Positions 27,624 to 37,068 of a DNA stretch of 64,000 nucleotides are shown piece by piece. Position 1 is the first letter of the stretch, and each line of letters begins with the position of its first letter. The stretch is taken from NCBI GenBank assembly GCA_964634685.1, contig CAZWLD010000005.1, positions 3,624 through 67,623 of the forward strand, given 5' to 3'. This DNA is from an uncultured Anaeroplasmatales bacterium. GTDB taxonomy: Bacteria; Bacillota_I; Bacilli_A; Acholeplasmatales; JAEDCM01. The notes under the pieces were generated by a model. That model did no database searches, was not told the DNA's origin, and saw only the letters and a list, made by a program, of their open reading frames with translations. The translations under genes were made by a program, and so were the position numbers.

Positions 27624-28472
27624 TTACGGCTTTTTTTCATCCTCAATTATGATTTTATAATATTTATCGACAATATTCTCATCTAAAGTGACATGTGGGA
27701 GTCTAACATATGGCTTAATGATTCCAAGTTTTCCTAATAATGCCTTGATCATAACGGGGTTGGGCTCATAGAATAAAACCTGAAAACGAACGCGATATTG
27801 ATTAAATTCAATCTCATCATTAGCCTCAATATTTTTTTTGATTTCCTTAGTAAAGAGATGTGCAGCCACGCTAATAACTCCATCAAACCCCCGCTTATAT
27901 GCCTCATAAATTAAATAATCCTCACCAATATATAAAGCTAAATCCGTCTCATGCTTGATTCTTTCCATCAAATCAAAATTACATGAGGCTTCTTTTATTC
28001 CTTTAATATTCTCAACCATCGATAAGCTTTTAATCGTCTCAAAGCTAAGGCTTACTCCCGTTCTTCCTGGAATATTATAGAGCCAAATGTCGCGATTAGT
28101 GTGATATGCAACCTCCCGAAAATGCGCCTCTAGACCCTTTTGGGATGGCTTACTGTAATAAGGAACGACTACCAAATAGCCATCGCAATCAATGTCTTTG
28201 ATGTATTCTAAAAAATCAATGGTTGCTTTTGTATCATTTGTCCCAACACCAAAAATTAGTTTACATCTTTTATCAATCAAAATGCTCGCAAATTCATATA
28301 GCTTCCTTTTTTCCTTGAAGCTTAAGGTTGGCGCTTCGCCGGTTGTACCTCCGACGACAATACCATCAATTCCATCATCTAATAATCGTAAAATTAAACG
28401 TTTAAAATTCAAATAATCAATCGTTAGATCCTCTTTAAAGGGCGTGACAATGGCTGTATAAATGTCAAACAT
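27624..28472 (-). CDS. dapA: 4-hydroxy-tetrahydrodipicolinate synthase
   Basis: TAIVTPF...GIVVGGTTGEAPTLS...YNIPGRTG motifs, 282 aa. Confidence 0.9.
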   Translation of the reverse strand: MFDIYTAIVTPFKEDLTIDYLNFKRLILRLLDDGIDGIVVGGTTGEAPTLSFKEKRKLYEFASILIDKRCKLIFGVGTNDTKATIDFLEYIKDIDCDGYLVVVPYYSKPSQKGLEAHFREVAYHTNRDIWLYNIPGRTGVSLSFETIKSLSMVENIKGIKEASCNFDLMERIKHETDLALYIGEDYLIYEAYKRGFDGVISVAAHLFTKEIKKNIEANDEIEFNQYRVRFQVLFYEPNPVMIKALLGKLGIIKPYVRLPHVTLDENIVDKYYKIIIEDEKKP

Positions 28473-29067
28473 TAGGTACCTCCATTTTATGAATTATGAT
28501 TGGATTATTATTTTTTAAAAGCAAAAGAGCCTTCATATTAAAAGGAATATCATTTTGAATCACAAAGCTGTAAAAGTCATTAGCGGATTGTTTTTTGATT
28601 CCCTCATCAAAGAAGACAATTGGGCAATCTAATCGAACACCTAAGGCTACTGCCGATAGATCAGCTCCTTCCTCTCCAAGTAAAGTAAGCGAATTATGAT
28701 AAAGGCCAATGCCTCCGCTAATTATTAGACAATCATAGGAATTTAGATATTTCAAAAAATAATAAGGATCAATGCTTTCGATAATAGCGTCTAAATAATT
28801 TTTATTAGTATTTATTCCACTTTCATAAATATCTAAATAACGAACGTTGATGCCAATTTGTCTTAAATAATCTGTCAAATCAAGGGCTTCAAGAAATCCC
28901 TTAAAGGCCAAATATGATGCATACTCATTCGACAACAAGAAATCTTTTTCAATATCAGTAGATAATGGCACAACAATAATGGTTTTTTTACCTCTAATTC
29001 TATTAGCTAATAATTCACGATAAAGAGAGCTATTTACTTCATTGTTTTTAATTCTGATTACTTCCAT
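28465..29067 (-). CDS. degenerate amino-acid-kinase (aspartokinase)-like protein in the DpaB slot
   Basis: 200 aa, overlapping both dpaA and dapA. TLLGEEGADLSAVALGVRLDCPIVFFDEG resembles aspartokinase TLGRGGSDTTAVALAAAL..C.IYTDVDG. There is no KFGGTS-type N-terminal motif and no flavoprotein G.TGS motif. Confidence 0.4.
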   Translation of the reverse strand: MEVIRIKNNEVNSSLYRELLANRIRGKKTIIVVPLSTDIEKDFLLSNEYASYLAFKGFLEALDLTDYLRQIGINVRYLDIYESGINTNKNYLDAIIESIDPYYFLKYLNSYDCLIISGGIGLYHNSLTLLGEEGADLSAVALGVRLDCPIVFFDEGIKKQSANDFYSFVIQNDIPFNMKALLLLKNNNPIIIHKMEVPNV

Positions 29068-29777
29068 ATTATCTTCTCCAATGCTCTTTCTATAGCTTTT
29101 CCTAAAGAAATTCCCGCATCAATTGGCATCATATTAGGTATACCAAGAGAATGAATTACATCAATTTCCTCATCAAAGCCTTTTTTTGAGGCAATATCAA
29201 AAATCTTGCAGGTAGGAGCTCCTTGGATGATTTTTTTCGGAATTGTGTTGATTATTAAATCATAATCTAAACCATTTATTTGATTCAAATAATTTAAGTC
29301 CAAAGCTTCGATTTCAAGCCGATAATCAGTTCGATTATAGATATCGATATTTTTCGTGAAGGGTAAAAGAATTTTGGTAATTTCCTTTCCAGAATGACCA
29401 AAACCCAAGATCAATATTCTTTTATCCTTCAAAGAAAAATCAATATTATTAATAATAATCCCTAATAATCCTAAGGCCGTGTAATAAGAATTCTCATTAA
29501 GTAAGGCCTCATCATAATAGCTAACCAAGATCCCCTTATCCTTCATAAAATTTTCTAAATAAGTATTTTTTTGACCCGTAATTAAAATATCAAAGGGCTT
29601 TTCTTTGTATAAATCATCAATTCTTATATTTGTATTTTTGATAAAGCCTAAATCATTAGTTCCATTTATTGGTAGAATTACTATGTTGTCAGATTCTAAT
29701 CCCAGCTTGATATCGTATTTTTTTAAATAATCAATCGCATAAGGTAGTCTTTTATCCCCATTGTCAATTAAAACCAT
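29058..29777 (-). CDS. dpaA: dipicolinate synthase subunit A-like (SpoVFA/DpaA)
   Basis: Collinear with SpoVFA: NSYYTALG.., Rossmann motif ILILGFGHSGKE, INTIP, IFDIASKKG and LGIPNMMPIDAGISLGKAI. Confidence 0.7.
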   Translation of the reverse strand: MVLIDNGDKRLPYAIDYLKKYDIKLGLESDNIVILPINGTNDLGFIKNTNIRIDDLYKEKPFDILITGQKNTYLENFMKDKGILVSYYDEALLNENSYYTALGLLGIIINNIDFSLKDKRILILGFGHSGKEITKILLPFTKNIDIYNRTDYRLEIEALDLNYLNQINGLDYDLIINTIPKKIIQGAPTCKIFDIASKKGFDEEIDVIHSLGIPNMMPIDAGISLGKAIERALEKIIWK

Positions 29778-29910
29778 TTCATCATCTCCATTATGATATA
29801 TTCACTAGGCTTATGATTTGTGAAAAAATTTCCTTTAAAGCTTTTCGAATAATTGTTATTTTTTCGATAATAATATCAATGTAAGATTTTTTATGCTAAA
29901 ATATCCTTAG

Positions 29911-30495
29911 GTGATTAGCATGAAAATAAATTATCCAATCAATAAGCAAAAAATCAATACCTACAAAACGGCAGCTCACCGCGGAATGAATCTTGAGGAG
30001 GATATTAATTTATCGAACGAATACTATTTGAGTCATAATATTGCGGTTATTCATAAAAAGCCAACCCCCATCCAGGTTGTTAAGGTTGATTATCCAATGC
30101 GCCAGATGGCTAAAATTACCGAGGCCTATTATAAAATTCCTTCCACAACCGACTACAATGGCATCTATCTAGGCCGCTATATTGATTTTGAGGCTAAGGA
30201 ATCAAATAGTACCACCTCTTTTCCTTTAAAAAACATTCATCCGCATCAGGTTTCCCATCTAAAGGCGATTAGCGAGCATGGCGGAATCGGCTTTTTAATT
30301 GTTTTATTTTCCAAGCTTGGTGAATATTACGTTGTCCCTTTAGATGTTTTGTTCAAATATTGGAATCATATGGATACCGATCGTAAGTCCATCCCTATTT
30401 CTGAATTTCGGGAAAATTGTTATTTAATTAAAGAATCGGCCTTTCCACGATTGGATTATTTAAAAATTATAAAGGAGCATTTTATTGAAAAATAA
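29911..30495 (+). CDS. recU: Holliday junction resolvase RecU
   Basis: RGMNLEEDIN..N.YY...IAVIHKKPTPIQVVKVDYP and DFEAKE nuclease motifs. recU-ponA synteny as in Bacillus. Confidence 0.85.
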   Translation: MISMKINYPINKQKINTYKTAAHRGMNLEEDINLSNEYYLSHNIAVIHKKPTPIQVVKVDYPMRQMAKITEAYYKIPSTTDYNGIYLGRYIDFEAKESNSTTSFPLKNIHPHQVSHLKAISEHGGIGFLIVLFSKLGEYYVVPLDVLFKYWNHMDTDRKSIPISEFRENCYLIKESAFPRLDYLKIIKEHFIEK

Positions 30496-32431
30496 AGCTT
30501 ATCATCCCCTAAAAATATTTCTTTTAACAGTTTTAATTGGTAGTACAGTCTTTTTAGTCTTTACTACCTTTTTTATTCTCATTACCATTTCCCAGGTCAA
30601 GGAATTAGACACCAATCTTTTATACAAAAACGATACTATTCGCATCTATGATAACCAAGATAATCTAATCACGACTCTTGGAAGCAAAAAAAGCGAATGG
30701 ATATCCATCAATGAGATTTCGGAAAATATGAAAAATGCGATTGTATCCATTGAAGATGAACGCTTTTTTTCCCATAAGGGAATTGATTATAAGAGAATTT
30801 TTTCCGCTGCCTTCCATAATGTGAAAAAAGGATCATTACAGGAAGGCGCTTCAACAATTAACCAACAGCTCATCAAAAATGTTTATTTATCTAATGAAAA
30901 AACCTTTACTAGAAAAATTAAGGAAATATATTTAGCTGTCCAATTAGATAAAAAGCTGACCAAAAACCAAATCTTAGAATGCTATTTAAATAACATTTTA
31001 TTTGGCAAGCAAATCATTGGGATCAAGGATGCATCTCTTTATTACTTCTATAAAGATCCTAGTGATTTAACGATTACTGAAGCCGCCTTCTTGGCCGGTA
31101 TGATCCAGCTTCCAAACTATTATAATCCCGATACCAATTATGAAGCCTCTTTAAATAGACGAAATCTGGTTTTAAAAAAAATGCATAAGCTTGGATATAT
31201 TAAGGATAACGAAATTGATTCCTATTTAAATCATCCCTTAAAGGATGATATTAAGGAAAACCGAACAATGCTCAATTTTTCCCTGTATTCTTCTTACTTA
31301 GATTTAGTCATCAATGAATTAAGAAATGATTATGAATATGATGGAGAAATCAAGATTTACACAAATTATGACTCGGAAATAAATTATTATATTCATCAAA
31401 TCATGACAAGCAATGATCTTTTATGCCGCGAGGAAATCCAGGCCGGAATCGTGGCAATGGACTGTAAAAGCGGAGCCATCGAAGGAATTGGCGGTTTAAG
31501 GAAGCCCGATGTATCCGGTATTAATTATGCCATCACCAAGCATCAGCCCGGTTCGACCATTAAGCCAATCTTAGATTTTGCGCCTGCCATTGAATATTTA
31601 AATTACGGGACTGGAACCTTAATTGATGATTCTAAAATCAATTATCAAAACGGTTCTTCCATCCATAATTGGGACTACAAATACAAAGGTCTCATCACAA
31701 CTCGTCAAGCCTTAGTGGAATCAAGGAACATTCCAGCACTTAAGCTTTTTAAGGAGGTTGGACCCGAAAAATGCTTTAATCTTGCCCGTAAAGTTGGACT
31801 GAACCCCGAAGATGATATCTATGAAGCTAATAGTATCGGCGGCTTTACCTATGGATATTCCGTTTTAGAGATGACGAATGCCTATCAAGCCCTAGCCAAC
31901 AATGGAATCTATATTGAAGGCAAAACCATTCGTTATGTTGAGGGAGCCAAAAAGATTAAAGAGGCAACCCAAAGTGTGGCAATGAGCTACCAAACTGCCT
32001 ATATGATAAATGATATGCTAATCGATATTGCCAATATAACAACCCCAATTAAAGGCTTAAAGATTGCGGCCAAAACTGGCCAAACCAACTTTGATGCGAA
32101 CACTCTAAAGAACTACAATATTCCCAAAGGAGCGGTTAAGGATTCTTGGTATATCGGCTATACTCCTGATAAGGTTTTAGGAGTCTGGACAGGATTTAGT
32201 AATGTTAGCTCGATTAATTATTTTGATCAAGGTGAAAAAAATATTTGCCGAAATATTTTTAAAGAATTAATATCTAAATACGCTCCATATAATCATAACT
32301 CCTTCTATAAGCCCGATAATATTGTTTATTCCACTATTGATAAAAAAACCGGAAGGTTAGCTACAAACGAAACACCCTATTCGGATAAAAAAACAGAAAT
32401 ATTCCTTAGGGGAAGCGAACCAAAATCGTAA
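30485..32431 (+). CDS. ponA: class A penicillin-binding protein (glycosyltransferase + transpeptidase)
   Basis: GT51 motifs (EDERFFSHKGID, GASTINQQL), transpeptidase SxxK (PGSTIKP), SRN and KTG (AKTGQT). Confidence 0.9.
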   Translation: MKNKAYHPLKIFLLTVLIGSTVFLVFTTFFILITISQVKELDTNLLYKNDTIRIYDNQDNLITTLGSKKSEWISINEISENMKNAIVSIEDERFFSHKGIDYKRIFSAAFHNVKKGSLQEGASTINQQLIKNVYLSNEKTFTRKIKEIYLAVQLDKKLTKNQILECYLNNILFGKQIIGIKDASLYYFYKDPSDLTITEAAFLAGMIQLPNYYNPDTNYEASLNRRNLVLKKMHKLGYIKDNEIDSYLNHPLKDDIKENRTMLNFSLYSSYLDLVINELRNDYEYDGEIKIYTNYDSEINYYIHQIMTSNDLLCREEIQAGIVAMDCKSGAIEGIGGLRKPDVSGINYAITKHQPGSTIKPILDFAPAIEYLNYGTGTLIDDSKINYQNGSSIHNWDYKYKGLITTRQALVESRNIPALKLFKEVGPEKCFNLARKVGLNPEDDIYEANSIGGFTYGYSVLEMTNAYQALANNGIYIEGKTIRYVEGAKKIKEATQSVAMSYQTAYMINDMLIDIANITTPIKGLKIAAKTGQTNFDANTLKNYNIPKGAVKDSWYIGYTPDKVLGVWTGFSNVSSINYFDQGEKNICRNIFKELISKYAPYNHNSFYKPDNIVYSTIDKKTGRLATNETPYSDKKTEIFLRGSEPKS

Positions 32432-32435
32432 AAAA

Positions 32436-32456
32436 AAGGTGTCAGCTCGACACCTT
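32436..32456. terminator. bidirectional terminator between ponA and the convergent membrane-protein gene
   Basis: AAGGTGTC (32436-32443) pairs with GACACCTT (32449-32456), flanked by an A-run and a T-run. Confidence 0.65.
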
Positions 32457-32457
32457 T

Positions 32458-32856
32458 TTATTGTTCTTTTTTCTTACTTTCAAGGTAGGAAATAACACCA
32501 TAAGCTAAGATAAAGGCTCCAAAAATGGCCCAAACAAAATAATTTGCACATGGTTTACTTTTCCAAATCATCTTAAAGCCAAGGCCTAATGGATAGAAGG
32601 TCATAAGGAAGCCTAAGATTTGGTATCCATATGGATATAATAAGCCTAATTCTTGATTTTTCTTGGCGCGAACAAGATGCGTAATACCTGTAACTAAGAC
32701 AATGATTCCCGCAACTAATAAGGTAATATAATCAGCATTAACAGATACATCTGTTCCATAGCCATCATCATAAACACTAAATGATTGAATGGCTAAAACT
32801 AAATAAAGAATTGTGAAGAACGCTCCAAAAAGCGTTGTTAATATCGCCTTTTTCAT
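32458..32856 (-). CDS. hypothetical 4-TM membrane protein (co-operonic with thiT)
   Basis: 132 aa with four hydrophobic helices. Its start abuts the thiT stop. Confidence 0.5.
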   Translation of the reverse strand: MKKAILTTLFGAFFTILYLVLAIQSFSVYDDGYGTDVSVNADYITLLVAGIIVLVTGITHLVRAKKNQELGLLYPYGYQILGFLMTFYPLGLGFKMIWKSKPCANYFVWAIFGAFILAYGVISYLESKKKEQ

Positions 32857-33476
32857 TATTCTTCCTCCTTTACATCAGGGCTTAGGAATTGTGGATAAAA
32901 TTTGGCAAGTAAAACCATTAAGCCGGTACAAATAACAATATTTGGAAGACAATATAAGCCGTTGTAGATTGCTGAATAACCCCATCCTGTAACTCCCCAC
33001 ATTTCTCCTGGCCAGAAAAAGCCTCCGGCTAAGAAATGACAAAGGAATTTTAAAGCTCCTCCAATAATTGTTCCGATTAAAATAAAGGTTAGCTTTCCCT
33101 TAAATTCTGTGCTTTGTTGGTATTTCTTCGAGAATGCTCCCGCAAATCCAACAACTGTATATGCTAAGACATAGTCAAGCATAACTTGGATTAGTGGTCC
33201 ACAAACACGTAAAAAATCGTTATCAAAGCTTGCACCATTGATTACATAAATACCCGAAAGCATTTGAATCAAGCTTAAAATTAATCCGCAAATCAAACCA
33301 GGAACTAATCCTCTTCGATATGCAATAATAAAGATTGGAATCATGGCAACACCAATTGATCCTCCATTTGGAAATACTCCCTTAAAAATTCCACCCTGTA
33401 GGGCATCAAGAGCAAATCCCAAAGCCGCAAATATTCCTATTTCGGCCATTACCTTAACGGTAAGTTTTTGTTTCAT
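32856..33476 (-). CDS. thiT: ECF-transporter thiamine S-component ThiT
   Basis: The N-terminus VKVMAEIGIFAALGFALDAL...GGSIG..MIPIFIIAYRRG is ThiT-like, and a TPP riboswitch lies immediately upstream. Confidence 0.8.
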   Translation of the reverse strand: MKQKLTVKVMAEIGIFAALGFALDALQGGIFKGVFPNGGSIGVAMIPIFIIAYRRGLVPGLICGLILSLIQMLSGIYVINGASFDNDFLRVCGPLIQVMLDYVLAYTVVGFAGAFSKKYQQSTEFKGKLTFILIGTIIGGALKFLCHFLAGGFFWPGEMWGVTGWGYSAIYNGLYCLPNIVICTGLMVLLAKFYPQFLSPDVKEEE

Positions 33477-33516
33477 TTTTCTCTTCTCCTTTTAAATTGA
33501 ATTTGAGCCTTAATAA

Positions 33517-33641
33517 AAAAAGCTCTTCTAAAAGAAGAACGACATAAAAAAATATGTTGTCCCTCCGCTAGCATTACCTAGATCAGGTTTATGGGTCGTT
33601 AACTTAATAACCTCTCAGCCGAAGCTCCCCAGTAATCTACA
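33517..33641 (-). promoter_or_regulatory. TPP (THI-box) riboswitch with terminator expression platform
   Basis: The minus strand reads CTGGGGAGCTTCGGCTGAGAGG...ACCCATAAACCTGATCTAGGTAATGCTAGCGGAGGGA, with CTGAGA and ACCTGATCT.G.TAATGC.AGCG as THI-box cores. It is followed by the hairpin TCTTCT-TTT-AGAAGA plus a T-run. Confidence 0.85.
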
Positions 33642-33701
33642 AATTAATTATACATATTTTTTTAAATTATTTCTATAATATTTTAAAATGAAAGCATTTT
33701 C

Positions 33702-34052
33702 TTAGCCTTTAGGCTTAAAAATTATCCCCGCTAAAAAGGAAAATAAAATCGCGGCTGTTATTCCAGAAGCTGTTAGGTCAAACATTCCCATTCCAATTCC
33801 TAAAAATCCGACCTCCTTGGTCTTCTCTAATGCCCCATGTAGTAAGGAATGACCAAAGGACGTAATTGGCAATAAGGCTCCAGCTCCAGCAAACTCGATG
33901 AGCTTATCATAAATATTAAATCCATCGAGGACAGCCCCAATAACGACAAATAAAACGGTAATATGACCAGGCGTTAGCTTAAATTTATCCATGATTAATT
34001 GACCAATTGCACAAATTAATCCCCCAACTAAAAAAGCATATAGAAAAATCAT
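33702..34052 (-). CDS. spoVAE: stage V sporulation protein AE (SpoVAEB-type)
   Basis: 116-aa membrane protein in spoVAC-D-E order, with a TAATG overlap with spoVAD. Confidence 0.8.
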   Translation of the reverse strand: MIFLYAFLVGGLICAIGQLIMDKFKLTPGHITVLFVVIGAVLDGFNIYDKLIEFAGAGALLPITSFGHSLLHGALEKTKEVGFLGIGMGMFDLTASGITAAILFSFLAGIIFKPKG

Positions 34053-35068
34053 TACATATCACTCCTTAAAACTATTGCATGGGCAATAGCGGGAATTGTT
34101 TCCTTTTGATTGATAATCAAAGGATTTAATAAGGCACCCGTCCCGCACAATAATACCCTTTTATATTTACCTGTTTTAAGCATTTGATAAATATAGCCAA
34201 AGCTTACAATGCCAATACAAGCGCATCCGGAACCACCCGCAAAGACGGTTTCATCATCAGGATTATAAACCATTAATCCTGCATCCTCATGATTTTTATC
34301 GATGTTATAGCCATAATTATTGAGGATTTCTCTAACAATTGGTTTACCAACGCTTGATAAATCACCAGTTAAAATCAAATCATAGTCGATGGGCTTGGTT
34401 TTAAAATCCTCAAAATGGGCCTTCAAGGTCATGGCAGCGGCCGGGGCCATCGCACTTCCCATATCAAACGGATTATTGGCTCCAACATCGATTACTCTTC
34501 CCATCGTACCACCTTCAAGCTTTATTTTTCCGTCCCTAGAGACTAATATAGCCGAGGCTCCACTGACTGTTGAGGTACTCGTTTTTGGCTTTGGTCCCCC
34601 ATATTCGGTGGGGTTTCGGTATTGTCTTTCGGAATCGGCATAATGACTCGAGGTTGAAGCTATCACTCTTTTCCCATTATGAGAATCAACGATAATACCA
34701 CCAATTAAGGCTCCCAAAATTGCCGTTGAACACGCTCCATAAATTCCTAAAACGGGAATATTATAATCTCTTAAGCAATAATTTGTGATGACATTTTGAT
34801 TAATCAAATCACCAGAAATGGCCATATCAATATCGGTATCCTGGTAGTGGGTCTTCTTTAATAAAATATCGATTGCTTCCTTTAGTAATGCTTGTTCGGC
34901 TTTTTCCCATGAATCTTCATTCATATGAAGATTAGAAAAGCTATAGTCATAATAATATCCTAACGGCCCGAGTGCCTCCTTAGGACCGGTAACCGTTGAT
35001 GTTTCTTCAATACTAACATTGTTAAATAAAAAGGATTGATTTCCAATTTTCAAAATAAGACCTCCCAC
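34052..35068 (-). CDS. spoVAD: stage V sporulation protein AD
   Basis: Strongly collinear with Bacillus SpoVAD: [57 protein letters not shown]. Confidence 0.9.
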   Translation of the reverse strand: MGGLILKIGNQSFLFNNVSIEETSTVTGPKEALGPLGYYYDYSFSNLHMNEDSWEKAEQALLKEAIDILLKKTHYQDTDIDMAISGDLINQNVITNYCLRDYNIPVLGIYGACSTAILGALIGGIIVDSHNGKRVIASTSSHYADSERQYRNPTEYGGPKPKTSTSTVSGASAILVSRDGKIKLEGGTMGRVIDVGANNPFDMGSAMAPAAAMTLKAHFEDFKTKPIDYDLILTGDLSSVGKPIVREILNNYGYNIDKNHEDAGLMVYNPDDETVFAGGSGCACIGIVSFGYIYQMLKTGKYKRVLLCGTGALLNPLIINQKETIPAIAHAIVLRSDM

Positions 35069-35499
35069 AAATATCTAATAATTCCAATTATATAGGCCGA
35101 TACCACACCAAAGGTAATGACCGCACCGGCTATTTTGAAAATATTATTTGCAATACCCAAAACAATTCCTTCTGATTTATATTCAATAGCTGAGGATGCC
35201 ATCGCATTCGCAAAGCCGGTTATTGGTACAAAGGCCCCAGCTTTAGCGATTTGTCCAAATTTGTCATAGATTCCAAATCCTGTCAAAAGGATAGCTATAA
35301 TAATCATTGAAACCGACATTAAGCTTTGACTGATTTTTTCATCAAAGCCAAAATTGGTGTATATTACAATTAGGATTTGACCAAATATCGAAATAAGTCC
35401 TCCGAATAAAAAGGCCATACTAGTGTTTTTTAAATAATTTGGCTTTTCTTCATGTTTTTTGATTACCTCAAGACAATATTCTTTTTCTTTTTCATTCAT
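35050..35499 (-). CDS. spoVAC: stage V sporulation protein AC
   Basis: SpoVAC-type membrane protein (GAFVPITGFANAM). The ATG at 35499 follows GGAGG; the track start at 35514 lies inside the RBS. Confidence 0.85.
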   Translation of the reverse strand: MNEKEKEYCLEVIKKHEEKPNYLKNTSMAFLFGGLISIFGQILIVIYTNFGFDEKISQSLMSVSMIIIAILLTGFGIYDKFGQIAKAGAFVPITGFANAMASSAIEYKSEGIVLGIANNIFKIAGAVITFGVVSAYIIGIIRYLWEVLF

Positions 35500-35688
35500 C
35501 AAAAAAACCTCCATAATTATGATTTACATATTTTTAGAGGTTATACGAAAATAAATTGTTATACAACAATAAAAAAAACAGTCATTACAACTGCTTTATA
35601 TGTAATTATTTTTATTTGTTTTAGTCAAAATATTTGATGAAACCAAATAAAGTGAATAATCTTTCCTCAAATAATTTGACGTTCGACA

Positions 35689-36798
35689 CTATTTTTTTAA
35701 AATATCAACATATTCTTTATATACATATGTTCTTCTTTTTTTAGAATCATTGGCCACTTGTAATATTCCTAATTCAACATATTTGTTTATTGTTCGATTG
35801 ACCTTATAATAATCAATACCAGTCTTTTCACTAGTGTTTTTTGCGTCAATTATGGGATTCTTTTCTAAAAATAATAATAGCCAATTATTTTTTTCATTAA
35901 CCAATTTTAGATTTTTATTTCTTAATAATACTAATGAACTAATACATTCAATTGATTCTTTACAAATTTCAATAATTCCTTGTAAAAAGAAATCGATCCA
36001 TCCAATATAATCATCTCTTAATCTAACATTAGACATTCTATCGTAATATTCTAATTGATTTCTTTTTAGATAATATGATAGATATAAACATGGATAATCT
36101 AGCTTACCTTTACTCATTAAATACGATAATATTAACATTCTTCCCACTCTACCATTTCCATCTAAAAAGGGATGTATTGTTTCAAACTGATAATGTATTA
36201 ATGCAGCTTTTATTAAATCGTCAATCCTCGAATCCTCATTAATATATTTTTCTAAATCAGAAATGCATTCTTCCATATCAATTACTGTAGGAGGAATATA
36301 CTTAGCATTTTTTAAAGTTGAGCCAGCAGCTCCTATCCAATTTTGAGAACGTCTGAATTCTCCAGGATTTTTTTCTTTTCCACGTACACCTTGCAATAAT
36401 ACTTCATGTATTTTTTTTATATATCTACCGCATATAGGAAGCTCTTTTGTTAATTCAATTGAATAATTCGTTGCCTTAACATAATTAATAACTTCTTCAA
36501 TATCAACATTTGTACTATTATCATTACTTGTATCCAAAATATCTTCTAAAGTTGCTTGCGTCCCTTCTATTTGACTGCTATGTAAGGCTTCTTTTCTAAC
36601 ATATGCACCTAAAAACATATCAATATCGACTATATTAGATGCCAAACCATTTAATTTGCCCAATTGAAAATTAGCTTCTGTCAATAATTCTAATGTTCTT
36701 CTATCAAAATCTAATTCTATATTTTGTAATGGTGTTGGATAAAATGATTTATAACTCATATCACCACTTAAATTAATTTTATAAATTCCTGATTTCAC
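35689..36798 (-). CDS. Fic-family protein (AMPylase-type) with C-terminal wHTH-like region
   Basis: Canonical Fic motif HPFLDGNGRVGR in 369 aa. The gene and its flanks are visibly more AT-rich than their neighbours. Confidence 0.85.
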   Translation of the reverse strand: MKSGIYKINLSGDMSYKSFYPTPLQNIELDFDRRTLELLTEANFQLGKLNGLASNIVDIDMFLGAYVRKEALHSSQIEGTQATLEDILDTSNDNSTNVDIEEVINYVKATNYSIELTKELPICGRYIKKIHEVLLQGVRGKEKNPGEFRRSQNWIGAAGSTLKNAKYIPPTVIDMEECISDLEKYINEDSRIDDLIKAALIHYQFETIHPFLDGNGRVGRMLILSYLMSKGKLDYPCLYLSYYLKRNQLEYYDRMSNVRLRDDYIGWIDFFLQGIIEICKESIECISSLVLLRNKNLKLVNEKNNWLLLFLEKNPIIDAKNTSEKTGIDYYKVNRTINKYVELGILQVANDSKKRRTYVYKEYVDILKK

Positions 36799-37042
36799 AT
36801 ATCATCACCTATAATTATTATAAAATAAAAATGCAAATTAATCAACAACATCATTACTTTAATTTGCATTTTTTTATTGTTTTTGCAAATTAACGTTCAA
36901 AAGACACTTAATAATTTGCAAAATTTATTTTTTAAAAAAGAAAAGCCATCGCAAAAGATCTGTTTTTCGCAGAAATTATTTTGGTAAAATAAATCATAAG
37001 TTAGCCAACTATTCAAAACTTATACTCCGATTATAATATTAT

Positions 37043-37067
37043 AAAAAAAGCAGTATAAGCTGCTTTT
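37043..37067 (-). terminator. intrinsic terminator of the ABC-F gene
   Basis: The minus strand reads AAAGCAG-CTTATA-CTGCTTT followed by a T-run, directly after the stop at 37069. Confidence 0.55.
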
Positions 37068-37068
37068 C

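Noticed and set aside
28465-29067. Calling the 200-aa ORF canonical DpaB (SpoVFB)
   Set aside because: Position and length fit, but no flavoprotein motifs were seen and the clearest similarity is to the aspartokinase fold. The assignment is left open.
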